A stretch of 64,000 bases of DNA. It comes from the human T2T-CHM13v2.0 reference genome, Homo sapiens. The stretch lies in assembly GCF_009914755.1 (NCBI RefSeq), contig NC_060931.1, one strand, 5' to 3'. The notes beneath the pieces are model-generated. The model saw only the letters and a program-made list of their open reading frames with translations, was not told the origin of the DNA and made no database searches. The position numbers and the translations under genes are program-made. The stretch's first letter is position 1. Every line of letters begins with the position of its first letter. Below, in pieces: positions 13,653 through 28,428 of the stretch.

Positions 13653-15168
13653 AGTTCCTGTAATGTAGCTGAGTGTCTTGGGACAAGCAGACCTGGTGAT
13701 GCCTGTGTCTCACACTCAGCCTTGGGCTGCCTGATGGCTTATCATCTTTCTTCAAAAGGTAGAAACCCTTTTGTCATTGCCCTTCCCTATTCCACAGTAG
13801 CACCAGAGGAAGTGTTTTCAGACTACCAGTGGGAATTTCAGATTATTTTGATGTAAACCCATTTTGGGGGGCCAGACTTTATGAATAAAATTGAGTCCCA
13901 TTATGGTAAAAACACGACTCTATCTAGCGTAAGACCTTGTCGCGCCCCCAACGTTCCACTCCACTGCAAACTGGGAACAAAGAACATTATCTGTGAATGA
14001 ACGTGGAGTGGGGTGAAGGTCAAGGAATTAAAACATTATGTTTCAGTTTGAAATTTTGAATTTCAATTTGAAATGTTTCAATTTCAATTTGAAATTTCAA
14101 TTTGAAATATTACAGATGTTTAAAAAGAAAGACAAATAAAAACCAGAAAGGTTCTAGTGCATCAATCTGCATCTAGATTTTTTCTCTATTAAAATTAAAA
14201 GTGCTTACTGACCTGCAGCATTAAGGTTTTTTATTATTATTATTTTCAAAGAGCTAGTTAGTTTTGTTGTCCCACCAATGTCAATTTCTACCAGTCTTTC
14301 TAGATTGCTCTTCCTTGAGAATGAGGATGAGTTTTATTTAGCACACAAAATCCAATGAGTGTTTATGCCAATTAGAGGAAAGGCATGTGAAGAGGCTCAC
14401 AGATGGAAACTCTTGGCCAACAACGCGTACCTTGGCCAACTCTCTTTTCAGACGGAAGATCCCCAGTGCCGTTGTCAAGATAGGAATGTCCAGATCAAGT
14501 TCTGCTCTACCCTGATTGCAGCCCCCCAACCCTTGAGTCTTGTGGCTAGGTTTCGGCCCAGCCTTCAGCTGAGTAATAAAGAATAAGCCTAGAACAACTT
14601 GAGGCAATGGAAAGATGATGGCCAGCATTAAGAATAATTTTCTTTTCTTACCCTGCAATCTGTGGGTCCCTTTATATGATAATTACTATGGTGATAAAAT
14701 CCTAATTACCTTTGAATCTTCATGAGGGAGAAGATTTCAGACTGGAAATGTAATCTCTCTGGATACTAACATAAAACTACAGTTGTTCTGTGGATGGTGA
14801 TTTTACCTCCTTTTTGAAAAACCTGACGAAGTGGCTGGTTTGCTTGTGGGTTTTGAATAGAGCTGGTTGTTAGCATCATAGGATACTGTGCCCAATAGGG
14901 TGATTTTGCTGATCCCAGAATCTGTGTTGTGCATACACAGGACTCTTGTAAATGCCTGAGCTGATGTTAATTATAAAATACAGAAATGTGCAGAGAGACA
15001 GAGAATATTTAATCATATGTTATGATTGGAGATTTTTGTTTTTCTTAATGGTCAGAGGAAGAACTAAAATGCCTTATGATCAGTGTTTCTATGATGCTGG
15101 TATGTACTAGGAGATAAATGGATCTGCAAATGAGGCTTCTAGTGTTTGGAGAAAAACAGCTTTGCCAG

Positions 15169-15650
15169 TGTATTCTTTAATTTTACGTGTCAATTTGACT
15201 GGGCTGAGGGATGCCCAGATAGCTGATAAAGTATTCTTTCTGGGTATATGAGAGTGTTTTCAGTAGAAATTAGCATTTGGATCAGTAGACTGACTAAAGA
15301 TCACTCTCACCAATCCAGGTGGGCCATCATCCAATCTGTTGAGGGCCTGTATGGAATGGAAAGACAGGGGAAAGGTGAATTTGCTCTCTGAGCTGAGGCA
15401 CCCATCTTCTCCTGCCCTCAGACATCTGCTTCTGGTTCTCAGGTCTTGGAACTTGGGCTGGAACTTACACCACTGGCTCTGCTTCAGGGTTGAACTAGAA
15501 CTACACCACCAGCATTCCTGGGCCTCCAGCTTGCAGACAGTAGATCATAGGACTTCTAAGCCCTCATTGTCACGTGAACCTGTCCCTCATAATAGATCTG
15601 TTTATCACTTTATTTTCTATCGGTTCTGTTTCTCTGGAGAACCCTGACCA
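15169..15650 (+). mobile_element. MLT2D-like (ERVL) solo LTR
   Basis: ttaattttacgtgtcaatttgactgggct...gggatgcccagatagctg...tctggagaaccctgac. Confidence 0.88.
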
Positions 15651-16439
15651 GGAGCTAGAGAGTTAGGAAAACCTAAAATTTCCTCTTCAGTGAGAAATCC
15701 TCCCACTCTTATTTTTCCATGAGCAATTTTTCAGTCTAAAGATCCCGAGCAAACCTAGAGAAATCATTCCAGGTAGTCTAGTGGTTAGGGGGAAAAAAAA
15801 CAAAAAACAATAGAAAGTGGAAGAGAGAAACATCAGTCACATCTTTCTCTAAAGGCCTGGTGCTGCCATCTCCTTAAATATTTTGAAGGAACAATTTGAG
15901 GTGATACCTGCTTTATCTTTCAAAGCCATTCCTACTTGCACCATCTCTGCACTGACTATGTTAACAGTGCAAAAGGTCATCCTCTGAGTGTCTTTGGATC
16001 AGGATTATTTCATGTGTTTTCAAGAGAGATAGTGCCGGTTACCATGACAGCATTAACCAAGGGTAACAGAGAACAAAGCTTTTAAACTTAGAAGAAAGAA
16101 ATCGTCCAGAAAGGAAAGAATATTTTTGACATGGAAACCCAAAGGGCAGGTTGGAAATACCATTACAAATTGGAATGTGTTTTTTTTAATGTTCTTACTT
16201 ATTTGTTTGTGGACTAAATCCTTTTGCAAATGAGATTTTTTTAAAATTGGGCTGCCACCATTATTTATTTTGCAACAAAGAGTGATTGTAAATTTTTTTT
16301 TAAGTAGCTACCAGTACAACAACAGGAGCAACAATAACAACACTCTTTGCATCTGGGCTTATTTCATTGGCCGAAAACTAGACTAACCTGTAAAAGATGT
16401 TTATAGAATGTGAAAATAACATAGGGGCAACACTGGTGA

Positions 16440-16870
16440 TACATCAGTGGAGATGTATCTTGGTAATGAGAAGAAAAAGCTTACTCCTATTAAGCAGAAA
16501 AGGGGAATTTATTCAAAGATATTTGGACTCCCCGAATTAGCCAGAGACTGGAGGGAATCAATCACACCAAAGACGCAGAGATCAGAGTAGCTCCAGATGA
16601 CCAGCAGTGATGGTGGCCAGTGGCCAGACACCAGGGCTTGCCAGCACTGGCCACTGGCCACTATCACTGCTGAACAGCATCGCAAACATGACACTAAAGG
16701 GCTCAGTCTTCCCTTTCTTGACCTCACTTGTCCTGGAGTCACAGACTAGGGTGGAGCATCCAATTGACCAAGCCTGCATTGTGTGCTCTGCTAAGACCTT
16801 ATTCAACAGAAATTCCCCCCAAAAGAGGAAAGTAGATTAGATGCCGGATACCTCCCTAAAATGGCATGTG
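16440..16870. mobile_element. Old MLT1-family LTR relic
   Basis: taagcagaaaaggggaatttatt and gagcatccaattgaccaagcct motifs. Confidence 0.55.
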
Positions 16871-17143
16871 TTTAATATGGGTGGTATGATTAAAGATATT
16901 TTGCTAATTTCTGGTCCTAAACATGGGAGATAGAAGGCTTGCAGTAAACAAACAAAAAATCCAGCCTACTATTAGAAGGCATTGCTCTCTAATACTAAGA
17001 CATTATTAGTACTTGTAATTCCGGAAATCTGCAACTTCTGGAGAAATTAAGAGCCAAGTTGGCCAGGATAATTCTTAGCTGATATAAATAAATCAAGATT
17101 GACAGACATAACTGCATTGTCTTTTTATTTCTTTAATGTAGGT

Positions 17144-17462
<319 letters not shown>

Positions 17463-17894
17463 ATCTAGATGAAATCTTATAAAAATTATAGCATCATAGC
17501 GCAGAGTTGGAAGGGATATTTGAGATTCCCATAGCAAGTTTGAAGTTATTTTTTAATGCAAAGTATGTTGAATGCAAGATAATTAGGTTTATACCTGGTG
17601 AGAGGGTCTGGGAGGGTATAGAGACTGTCATTCTCAGGGGTAAGATAAATGATAACTGGATCATAAAGAATTTATGTTGAAAAAGGACCACTGATTAGCA
17701 CCAAAGTGTGTGATTTCTCTTGATAGTCTTTTATTTGAAGAGGAGATATAAAGACAATGGGATTTAGCCTTTAAAAAAAGAGTATCCAACTCAATTTACA
17801 AACATAAATATGGGTGTAAGACAATGAACAGGCTGTATTGCCCTCGACGCTGAACCTCTTGAGATATAAAGAGGAATAGGAAGATGATAACTTT

Positions 17895-18194
17895 GGCCGG
17901 GTGCTGTGGCTCACACCTGTAATCCCAGCATTTTGGGAGGCTTAGGCAGGAGGATTGCTTGAGCTCAGGAGTTCAAGACCAGCCTGGGAAACATAGTGAG
18001 ACCTCATCTCCACTGCAAATAAAAATAAAAAAATTAGCTGGGCTTGCTGGTGCATGCCCGTAGTCTCAGCTGCTCAAGAGGCTGAGGTGGGAGGATTGTT
18101 TGAACCCAAGAGATTGAAGCTGCTGTGAGCTATGATCATGCTACTGCACTCCAGCCTGGGTAACAGAGTGAGACCCTGTCTAAAGAAAAAAAAA
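17895..18194 (+). mobile_element. AluJ
   Basis: Dimeric Alu; ataacttt TSD. Confidence 0.93.
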
Positions 18195-18662
18195 TGATAA
18201 TAACTTTGAAAAGGTGCTATTAAATTTATTACTAAAATATTACTGAGAATTTCCATAATATACTTAAAGACTCTTTTATTTAAAAACAAAACCAAACCAA
18301 AGGAAGCCTGTGCTTTTCTGAAGTCTCTCTTCTTTTGCTCTCTTTCCAATTAAAGCTATGCCTTAAAAGCTTTAATGTACCAATAAAGGTTTTGTGCTTT
18401 TGGAATCTAAATAGAGCTTTTCTGGATGACGAGCAACATTAGGCAGTTACACCCCACCAGAGAGGAAGGGACTGGTTTTCGTAGGTGTGCAGAAAGCCCA
18501 CAGTGGTTTCCCTGGAAGACATAAATAAATTATAAAGGTAACTTCACATATGTGGTCAAAGGTGAACTATATACGAAGCAGGCAGTTGAAATCTCTGTGA
18601 TTCCTGGCCACCAGCAAGATTTTCCAAAGAAAGGAAGCCACCAAAATGCCTTCAACCTAGGA

Positions 18663-18978
18663 CAGGAATTGGTAAACCATGGCCCATGGGCCAAATTCAG
18701 CCTGCCACCTGTTTTGTATGTCCCACAAGCTAAGAATAGTTTCTACATTTGTAAATGGTTGGAAAGATAGAAAGAATGGTATTTCATGCCATGTAAAACT
18801 CAAATGAATTCAAATGTCAGTATCCACAAATAAAGTTTTATTGGAACACAGCCCCATCCATTCATTGATGTATTGTCTATGGCAGCTGAGTGGAGCAGTT
18901 GCAATGGAGAACAGATGGCCTGTGAAGATGAAAATATTTACTATCTGGCACTTTACAAAAAAGGTGTGCCAACCTCTG
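18663..18978 (+). mobile_element. MER58B-like (hAT-Charlie)
   Basis: caggaattggtaaac...aataaagttttattggaacacagcc...tgccaacctctg with TIR-like ends. Confidence 0.88.
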
Positions 18979-20863
18979 ACCTTGCAGATGACATATAGTA
19001 TGGGTCATACTCCAAGCCACCAGAGAGTATTCAACCCGCTTGGAATGTATTTGATTCAGCATAGAAAGGATAGTATTGCCTTTCATTTGAGACCTTTTTT
19101 CATCATTCTCCCAATAAATGCTACTTGGTTTTAGGAATGGACCATATCTTATTATCTCTTATATTCTGTGTAGTTTTTAGAAATAGAGGGTGAACAATAA
19201 TTTTTGATGAATGATTAAATGCATGGATGAATGAATAAATAAATTATGTTTGGAATGACTTACCTTTTCATTATTATCTCATATGAAACATCAGGATTAT
19301 AATACTTTCATGAAGTAATGAGCTAAATAGTCAGTTGATTACTAGAAAACACTTAGGACAATATCAAGAACAGTAAAGTGTCACAGAAGAAGCTCTTGCA
19401 ATTGAAAGCCACCCTTTGAAACATGCAGACTCATGGCCATGTCACAAGGAATGTGCAAAACCGGTAGATAACGTTCTCCAATTCCCATTTACATCTGCCA
19501 TTTACATCTGTTGAATTGTGTACACACCAATAGTCCCCAGTATCTGCTAATCACTGTTATACTTCATACTGAAAACACATAATCTAATGAAACATTTGAA
19601 AAATTCTGTGTCCAGAATAGAGAAATGGAAAGGGTAATATTTGTTAAACACCTTCTTTGTGTCAGGTGCTGACTTGGGCATTTCACATACACCTTGAAAC
19701 TCAGATTCTCTGGAACAAGATTTTCTGTCTTAAGCATTCTTGGTAAATTGTATCTACTTGTAGCCATGGAGTGGGACTGTGGCCCAGCTGATCTGCTTGG
19801 TTTTGTTGTTGTTGTTGTTGTTTTGCTGTCTTCATAAAGCAGTATTGATTGCCTTGGTCAAATCAATTGTGTGGCCATTTCCATTTACACATCATTTAGC
19901 TGCCTGAACTGATTACTTCTGCCAGGACACAGTCATGCCATTTCAATCACACAGATCCAGATAGTCTAAAATCCTTCAAGTGGAAGGCTAAAACATCACA
20001 ACACCAGGCTACTAAGAATTAGCCTAGTGCTTCCCCCCCCAACCTTCCATAGGAAATTAATGTTCAGATTAGAAGGAAACAAATCATCATAAGGTTATTT
20101 TGTTCAATGATATAAAATAAAGCTGAAATTTCTGAACTACATATTTCTTAATAGCAAAGAAAAAGAATATTACCAATTATTTTCCAAACTAAGTATGTAC
20201 TCATCTGTAGTGGTAGCAGATGGCTCTTTAGATCTCAAATTTAATTATCTTTTTTTAAAAAAAGAGACAACAAATGGTGATTTTAGTCATCTTTGATTAT
20301 TGGACATTGGCATATTGGATGAAAGTTTTCTGATGTGTTTACTTGGTTCACATAAAGATGGCAGGGGTCTGTGCCCTAGAAAAGCCCAAGTACTATGATT
20401 AGTGGTAACAGAACGCCTTTTACAGGTTATTTTCAGGAATGGCAGCAATCCAACATTGGCAGTGGTAGTAAAAGGGAGAATGGGAATATAAAGACAGTTC
20501 ATTGCTAGAGGACAGGATTTTGTTTTTACTATTTTTTTTTTCAATTAATAGGAAAAGTGGGTTTGCACCTTCTGGCAAATTAACCTGTAAAACCAATATA
20601 TCTTTGAACAAATATACTTTAGCATATGCCAGGCAATTTTTATTGAAAATCATAGTAATGACTTCAGGCCAATATAGAAGAATACTACTGTTGCTGTCCT
20701 TTCAGAATGTGATGGAGATATGCTAAAAATAATACAAAGGGCTGTAAATGCATTCTTGAGGAAAGGGCCAAATGGAGAGAAAGCATTTCCCACCAAATAT
20801 GTTCAAAAAGTGACCTAGCCAGGAGCCTTGTTAATGTCATAGCAGCATATAGAATAAGCCTTA

Positions 20864-21148
<285 letters not shown>

Positions 21149-21304
21149 CTATCCAAATGCACCTATGTTTTCAAGGTGCTGTTTTGCATTCTTAACTGTG
21201 CATATTACATTTTGATTTTAATTTTAATTTTATTCTTTTATTGGAAGTGCTACACCTGTCTTTTGCACTTTCACTATTTCAAGCTTTCGTAAACTCATGG
21301 TTCT

Positions 21305-21430
21305 AGGTAGCATGGTAGAGGAAGCACCGCTAGGTAGGAATCATGAGAGCTGAATTCCAGTTCTGGCTCTGTGACTTTCTACCTGTCTGAGCCTCAGCTT
21401 CCTCACTTGTAAAACAGGATAAATAATGTT
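21305..21430 (+). mobile_element. MIR
   Basis: tctgagcctcagcttcctcacttgtaaaacaggat. Confidence 0.7.
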
Positions 21431-21939
21431 TGACCTACTGGCTTTTGGTGGTTAAAAGTGAAAGATATTGACATTATTATTATTAGAAGTCTAAACAAAT
21501 GTGTTAAAATAGCCAAATTATAAATTTTGGCAATGGAGTAATCTCTTACTCCCAAAATAATTAATAAAAAAATTTTATTTTAAGGTAAACTGATAGCCAT
21601 ATTTCAATTTTTATATGAATTTCTCATATCTAATAGTTTATATTAATGACTTTTTCTACTCTCAATATTAGTTATTAAAATTAGAATAACAGGGTAGCAT
21701 TTCATAATTTATAATGTCATAATTTCACTCCTACTGTGAAAGCTCCTATTTTCAAATTGCTTTAAGGTAATAATGGAAGTTTTGGTTTCACACTATGGTT
21801 TTAAAGATATTTATTCTAGTAACCTAAACTTTTAATGGTTCTGATTTTTAAAGTGTCAGAAACATGAGTATTTATAGAAAGCCAGCATAGATGAAAGAAT
21901 ATGATTATGTGGTCTATTTAAGATAGCACTGTATTGAAA

Positions 21940-22150
21940 CAGGTGGTAGAGTGGAAAGAGGCTAGCCAGAGTGGGTCTGAATTCTGTCTCCTCTACTTTC
22001 TGTGTGGTCCCTCTACTTTCTTTGAGCCTTAGTTTCTCCTTCTATAAAATGGGATTAAATAGTAACATCCTGCAGTAACGTTGTGAGAGTTTGAGAGATT
22101 GCATGCAAAATGCCTTGTGCACAGATTAGATGCACAATAAACTGTTATTA
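21940..22150 (+). mobile_element. MIR
   Basis: gtggaaagag...gagccttagtttctccttctataaaatggg...aataaactgttatta. Confidence 0.7.
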
Positions 22151-23138
22151 CATAACTATCCTCTTACACATATTCACCTGGGAATAAACTCTCTTAGGCT
22201 TTGGTGCCTGTTGCTAATGGGTGGATCACAGTGGATTCCTATGATGCTACCCGAATGTGTAATTTTATTGTAGGCTGTCTTTTAAGTACAAGGAAACTCT
22301 GATTCAATAAAAGATGATTAGTGACCAGTTGCCTTTGCACACATGCCCAAAGGTGAAAAACTTTGTAATGGATAGTCCAAGTTCATTCTTCTTTTTTCTG
22401 TCTAGGAAAAATCTTTAGACTTGGTATGGCATTGAGCTCTGTAGCCACAGACATGAGTGAAATTAAACTGAGGAAGAGAATAAAATTAGGAAAGTGAGTA
22501 ACAAGTTGTGTGTGATTCGGCAGAGAGTTGAAGAGATTACCTTGGAAAATTTCCATGTAAAGCGTAACATCAAATATAAACTATTCCTTTTAATCGAAAC
22601 ATGTGAGACACCAACTCTTATTCTGGAAGAGCCATCCATAAATAAATTATAGCTACCATTTGAAAAATAGAACTAGGTATATTCACTAAACATATATAAG
22701 ATTGTGCTGTTTTTCTCCTTGAGGCACTTTGGGGTGATGGGATTTTGAAATGCAGGTGATTTTCTTAGGAACAGAAGTCATTCTGTAACTTGTCAGTGTG
22801 TTGACATGGCATGCCCTTTCAGATTTCCAGCATGAAGGCAAGTAGTGTTTCATTGAGCCTGACTGAGTGTGGGTGAAAACATTCATTATACATTTATTTT
22901 ATCCCTTTAGAAGTAGCTATTTCCATGCTAGCCATTTCCCGTGTTACACTTTGGGAAAATGTGAGTTTACTACTCAACCAAGAGAGCATGCTGGACATCA
23001 CCTCACATTATTTACCTGTCAGGTATAATAATTTTGCATTCAACTATCTGAGAATGAATCCATAGGCATTCAAAAGACTCTTTTCAGAATCCAGTAAAAA
23101 TTAAAGTCCAAAATCTACCACCCAAAGATGCACAGAAG

Positions 23139-23331
23139 CAGTGGTACGCTGGTAAACCAGCTCCCTGGGGGAAGAGCTCTGATTTGTAGTGTTTGCTGGG
23201 TTCTGCAGCATAAATTCTCTTATTGTGGTCCATGTGAAGCTACCAACAGTTTATGAACCTGCTTGCAAGATTCCTGACTATTAACCAATTGGCTCTGGCA
23301 AAGCAAGTACAACTGATCCCACCACACTACT
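23139..23331 (+). mobile_element. MER63-like (hAT) element
   Basis: cagtggtacgctggtaaacc...ctgatttgtagtgtttgc...aagctaccaac...accacactact. Confidence 0.78.
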
Positions 23332-24361
23332 CCCTTTAGAGTGGATTTTAGAACTTCAAGCCCTGACAGTTTGAATTTCTTTTGGATCCAGAGACATTTT
23401 AATGAAGCTGACAGCTACCTGTCACTTGAGGCTGTATATAGGAGCATGTGGATTTTCCCCCATTTACTTGCCTTTACTGCATTTTTTAAAGCTGTTTTTC
23501 ATTTCCAGTAGCCAATATACATTACACCTGTGAAGTTCCAGATACACCAGACCTCTAATGAAAACATTGATTTATACAAATAAGATGTTGCCTCTTTATC
23601 CAAACCATTAAAAATCTAAGATATACTATAGCACATACTCCCTCAGCAATTAGTAAAGGCTTGCCACTTTCGGGAGTCGATACAGCTCGCTCCCCCTCTT
23701 CTAGTTCTCAGCTTACTGAGGAGTTCTGCTGACACCACTCGAACAGCTGGGCTCCTAACTGAGCTGCTTCTGCCTGTCAGTGGCTGGCAAAGTGATTTGA
23801 TTCCTTTATGTGCGTAATACAGTACAGCACTTTGAGGCTCGCAAATGGCACTGTTTAAATCAATACATAATGATGTATTACATATTGTGGAGCACTTATA
23901 AATATATTATGAAGCTCTAGAGCATGCCAACATCATAGGCTAGTAGTAGGCAAGGGTAGGAGCCCTCTATACTATTTTCTTCTGCATTCTGCAATTGAGA
24001 TGTCCTTTGATCCTGGATCATCCATTTACCTTTTCTGTACTGCATTTTGTAAGTTTGCAGAACAGGGTCGCTAGTGATGAGATTGCAAATGGTTTAGAGG
24101 TATGGGTGGTATATGGGCAATATTCATTCAAACTAAAGAATTATTGTATTTTAATATCTTCCATATAAACAAGCAGCAAAATTGATACCAATGAGGCACC
24201 CTGATGAAAAATGAGAGGTTCAAATGTACACACACGCAGTAAAAGTCTAAAGCCAGGCATAGGAATGATAATTAATAAATTCAAGACCCCCGTGACCTTT
24301 GGAGCAGAGGAGAAGGGAACGACTCAGACCTAGTCGGGGTTTACAGGTGAAAATTCAATTC

Positions 24362-24642
24362 TTTTTTTTCAGACAGGGTCTGACTCCATCACCCAGGCTG
24401 GAGTACAGTGGCACAATATTGGCTCACTGCAGCCTCGACCTCCTGAGCTCAGGTGATCCTCCCACAGCAGCCACCAGAATAGCTGGGGGTGTGCCACTAT
24501 GCTTGGCTAATTTTTGTATTATTTGTAGAGATGAGGTTTCACCATGTTGCCCAGGCTGGTCTTGAACTCCTGAGCTCAAGAGATCTGCCTGTGTCAGCCC
24601 CCCAAAGTGCTGAGGTTACAGGCATGAGCCACTGTGTGAGGC
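24362..24642 (-). mobile_element. AluJ
   Basis: Antisense dimeric Alu. Confidence 0.9.
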
Positions 24643-24765
24643 ACCATCCTGTTTCTGGTGTTTATTTCTTAGCTCGAATGGTGGCATGTAGGTGTTTGTT
24701 GTATTACTCTTTAAACGTTTTTGCCTGTCTGAAAACATACACTAAAAAGCATTTGAACAAAATAA

Positions 24766-25065
24766 GGCTGGGCATGGTGGCTCATGCCCATAATCCTAGC
24801 CCTTTGGGAGGCCTAGGTGGGAGGATTGCTTGAATCCAGGAGTTCAACACCAGCTTGGGCTGTGTGGCCATCCTGCTTGTCTCTACAAAATAAATTTAAA
24901 AATTAGCCAGGCATTGTGGCACATACCTGTGGTCCTAGCTACTCAGGAAGCTGAGGAGAGAGAGAGAATTGCTTGAGACCAGGAGGTCAAGGCTGCTGTG
25001 AGCTGCGTTCATGCCACTGCACTCCAGCCTGAGTGACAGAGACCTTGTTTCAAAAACACAAATTA
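24766..25065 (+). mobile_element. AluJ
   Basis: Sense dimeric Alu. Confidence 0.9.
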
Positions 25066-25106
25066 ATTAAGTAATTAATTTAATAAGATTAAAAGGGTTT
25101 CTGTTA

Positions 25107-25177
25107 AACTGAACTATGCATTTAAAAATGGTTAAGATGATAAATTTTTATATTATGTGCTTTTTTATCACAAAAAT
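25107..25177 (+). mobile_element. Tiny L1M 3'-end insertion with TSD
   Basis: ctgaactatgcatttaaaaatggttaagatgataaatttt flanked by aaaagg(g)tttctgtta repeats. Confidence 0.8.
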
Positions 25178-26889
25178 AAAAGGTTTCTGTTAGTCGTGTT
25201 ATGTGTACATTTAGTTTTCATAATGGTACCATCTTTGCAAATGAACACATTTTGGAATTTTTGTTTATATCTTTGTTTGTTTTACACATTGATGCAGATT
25301 GGGGAAACTCTAAATGTCTGCCGTCAACTGAGCTTTGTGCAGAGACTATAACAGGAATAACAGGATTTAATTAATCCCCATCAAGGCCAACAGTTAGAGC
25401 TGGACAAAGAAAAGGCAGGGAAAAAAAGCCAACAGTTCATTAACAAATTCTAAAACATTTAAAAAATGTAGAACGTTGAGCATATTGAATATAATTTTTA
25501 TTGATTAAGAGAGAAAATAAATGGAGATACGTTTAGGTACTTGTCTAAAATTCAGCCCAGCTTTACCCCTATGTGGACTGGTCACATAACAACATCATAA
25601 CATTTACTCATAAGCTTAACCAAAAAGGCACAATGAACAAAAGCTAGAATCTACTTGAACACAAATTTATCTTTTCAAAGTTATTTCAACTAAAAATAAA
25701 AACAACAAAGAAATTATGAAGATGAAGACGAGAGAGGTTTTTTGAGATAATTATTAAACCTAAGAAGATTAAACATACCATCTTGGACATAGCATTCCTC
25801 ATTTTCAGAGTCAATGTGATAATGTGCTGTTTAGCCTGTTGAGTAATATCATGGAGTACAACATTCTTATGAACAACAAAAAAGAAATCACTCTCATGTA
25901 TTTATACCTAATCATTTCCTGCTTTGCAATATTTCTAAGTTAAAATCAGATTATTATCATAGCAGCATCGTGTATAAATGATCCAAAGCCTGAATCCAAA
26001 GTATAAAATAGAGAATAGCAATGTTCCAACAAGGCTAATTGGCCACAGCCTTGGATTTGCACTTTCAACAGTTGTCAGTCCAAGCTCCTGACCTCCTCTC
26101 TCAGGAAAAGGGGCTGAGGAGTGTGTGAACAGGAGGGACCTATTTAAGAAAGTCCATCTCTGCTCAGTCAGCACTTTCATGCATCTCGAGAGTTGAGAGA
26201 GATGTTTAGTCCAGGGCACTTTATTTGTAATGCATTTCTCTTTGGTTATTACAAACCAATTTTTTGACCTTGTGCATTTACATCTAAGAAGATTTTTTTT
26301 TTTCTCTTTTGAGGATCAGTTGTGACCCACTAGGAAGGTTTTAGCCCTTCTCTCAGTGTCCTCTTGTTTTAGAAATATGTCAGGACAGCCAACTCACAGG
26401 ACAATACATGAGACAATTATTGTGTATGGAAGAAAAGTAAGGAAAAAGAGGGACTTTCTGAGAGAATTTCAAGTGATTAGGTGCATGTAATACTTTTCCA
26501 TGCAGCCAGGATCCCAAACACACATAATCCCTCCTGAAAATACACCTGTCCATCTGCAAGGCACCAACCCCATTACCCTCACCTGCCATACTGACAGAGG
26601 GCCATAAGTACATGGTGGATGTAGTTGTAAAATAATTTTTTCATGCCATGTGTTGGAGAAGTAGGTGATAGTTACAAGTTTCAAGGGGGTGTCTCTGAAC
26701 AATTGGTTTCCAAATATATACCCTGTCAAGACAGAAGGAATTCAGGGACCAAGCCAGAGCCTGCTTTGATAATTCTCGCCAGTGATATTAGAGCAGGGTC
26801 GATCCTCAGTTCCCCTTGCTGTTGCAATTGTATTCTCCACCACCCCCACCACCATATCCCCTTGGCCTACACTTCAAGAATAAAATTGC

Positions 26890-27300
<411 letters not shown>

Positions 27301-28380
27301 TTATAAACTAATTCATAGAAATATTCTGAAGGATGTTTTTATGGCTTTATGTGTGTATAAATCTCTTTGTTTGCACACAGAGAACACTGATTGAACAAAA
27401 TGATGAACTGCTGGTTCCATTTCTCGTCTGCTCACTGAGCAGGCACATTATAGTCTATCTTAGGCTACTCTGGTGTAAACAATATATTTGTGACCATGAG
27501 CATCGTTTATTCCACACCTTTGTCCTCCTTAATGCAGAGGATGCAATAAAAATAAATACACTCATAAGGGCGGAGCACGGCTTGCACATCAGGGATAATT
27601 ATGGCTCTAGAAAAATGAGAGAAAGAGTTTTTAACTGCCTTTTGGAGCCATTTCTCTCATGCACGCCCCAGACTTGTTTTTCAAAGAATCAGGATAAAAT
27701 TTCTGAAGTCAAAGAGTAAAATTCATTTTATGACCTACCCTGTGATTGTACGAACTCAGAAAGAAACAGAATTGTGGCCAAAACAATAGTTCCTATCTAC
27801 CTCTGCCCATGAACTGATTTGAGTGTTCATTTTGCTTTAAAGGCTTTGTTGTTAGATCGACTCTTATTTGGAGTTTCACGCAGGCTGGAGATGCTTAACA
27901 GTGGTGAAGGAGGCAAGAGTTTCTGTTCTGCACATGCAGCAATTATCTTCATTGCAAGAGAAGCCAGTCCCTGCAGCTGCACTGGGGAGCTCAGGCATCC
28001 CAGAACAAAGCACGTCTGCACTCATGCACACAGAAACGTGAGAGACACCATCAAATAGACAGCTCACTGAGGCCTGGCCAAGTGGCCCACAAGCAGCTCA
28101 TGGTGTTCCCAGGAGGATGCAGCCTGGCTTTCTTAGACTCTGAGCTGATCAAATCAAGGGGTGATGGGAAGGCCATGTTGAGTCGCCAGTTTTGGGAGGA
28201 GGATAAGGAAAGGGCTGACAGCTGCTGCACAACTGGTGAAAACCATGGGTAGCAATAGCAGCCTCCTGTTGTAGGGGAAAAAACAGCATAGACATAGACT
28301 ATTTCCAATAAATGAATGCTTTCTCAGTGGTCCCTCTATTGACTCGGTCTCTAATCTTTAAATCATTGCACTAAATATTA

Positions 28381-28382
28381 TA

Positions 28383-28428
<46 letters not shown>
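28381..28428. repeat. (TG)n(TA)n microsatellite
   Basis: Directly visible. Confidence 0.93.

Noticed and set aside
13189-13668. 159-aa ORF with K/E/R-rich tail
   Set aside because: Alu plus purine-rich tail
19485-19510. 13-bp tandem duplication ccatttacatctg
   Set aside because: Ordinary slippage event
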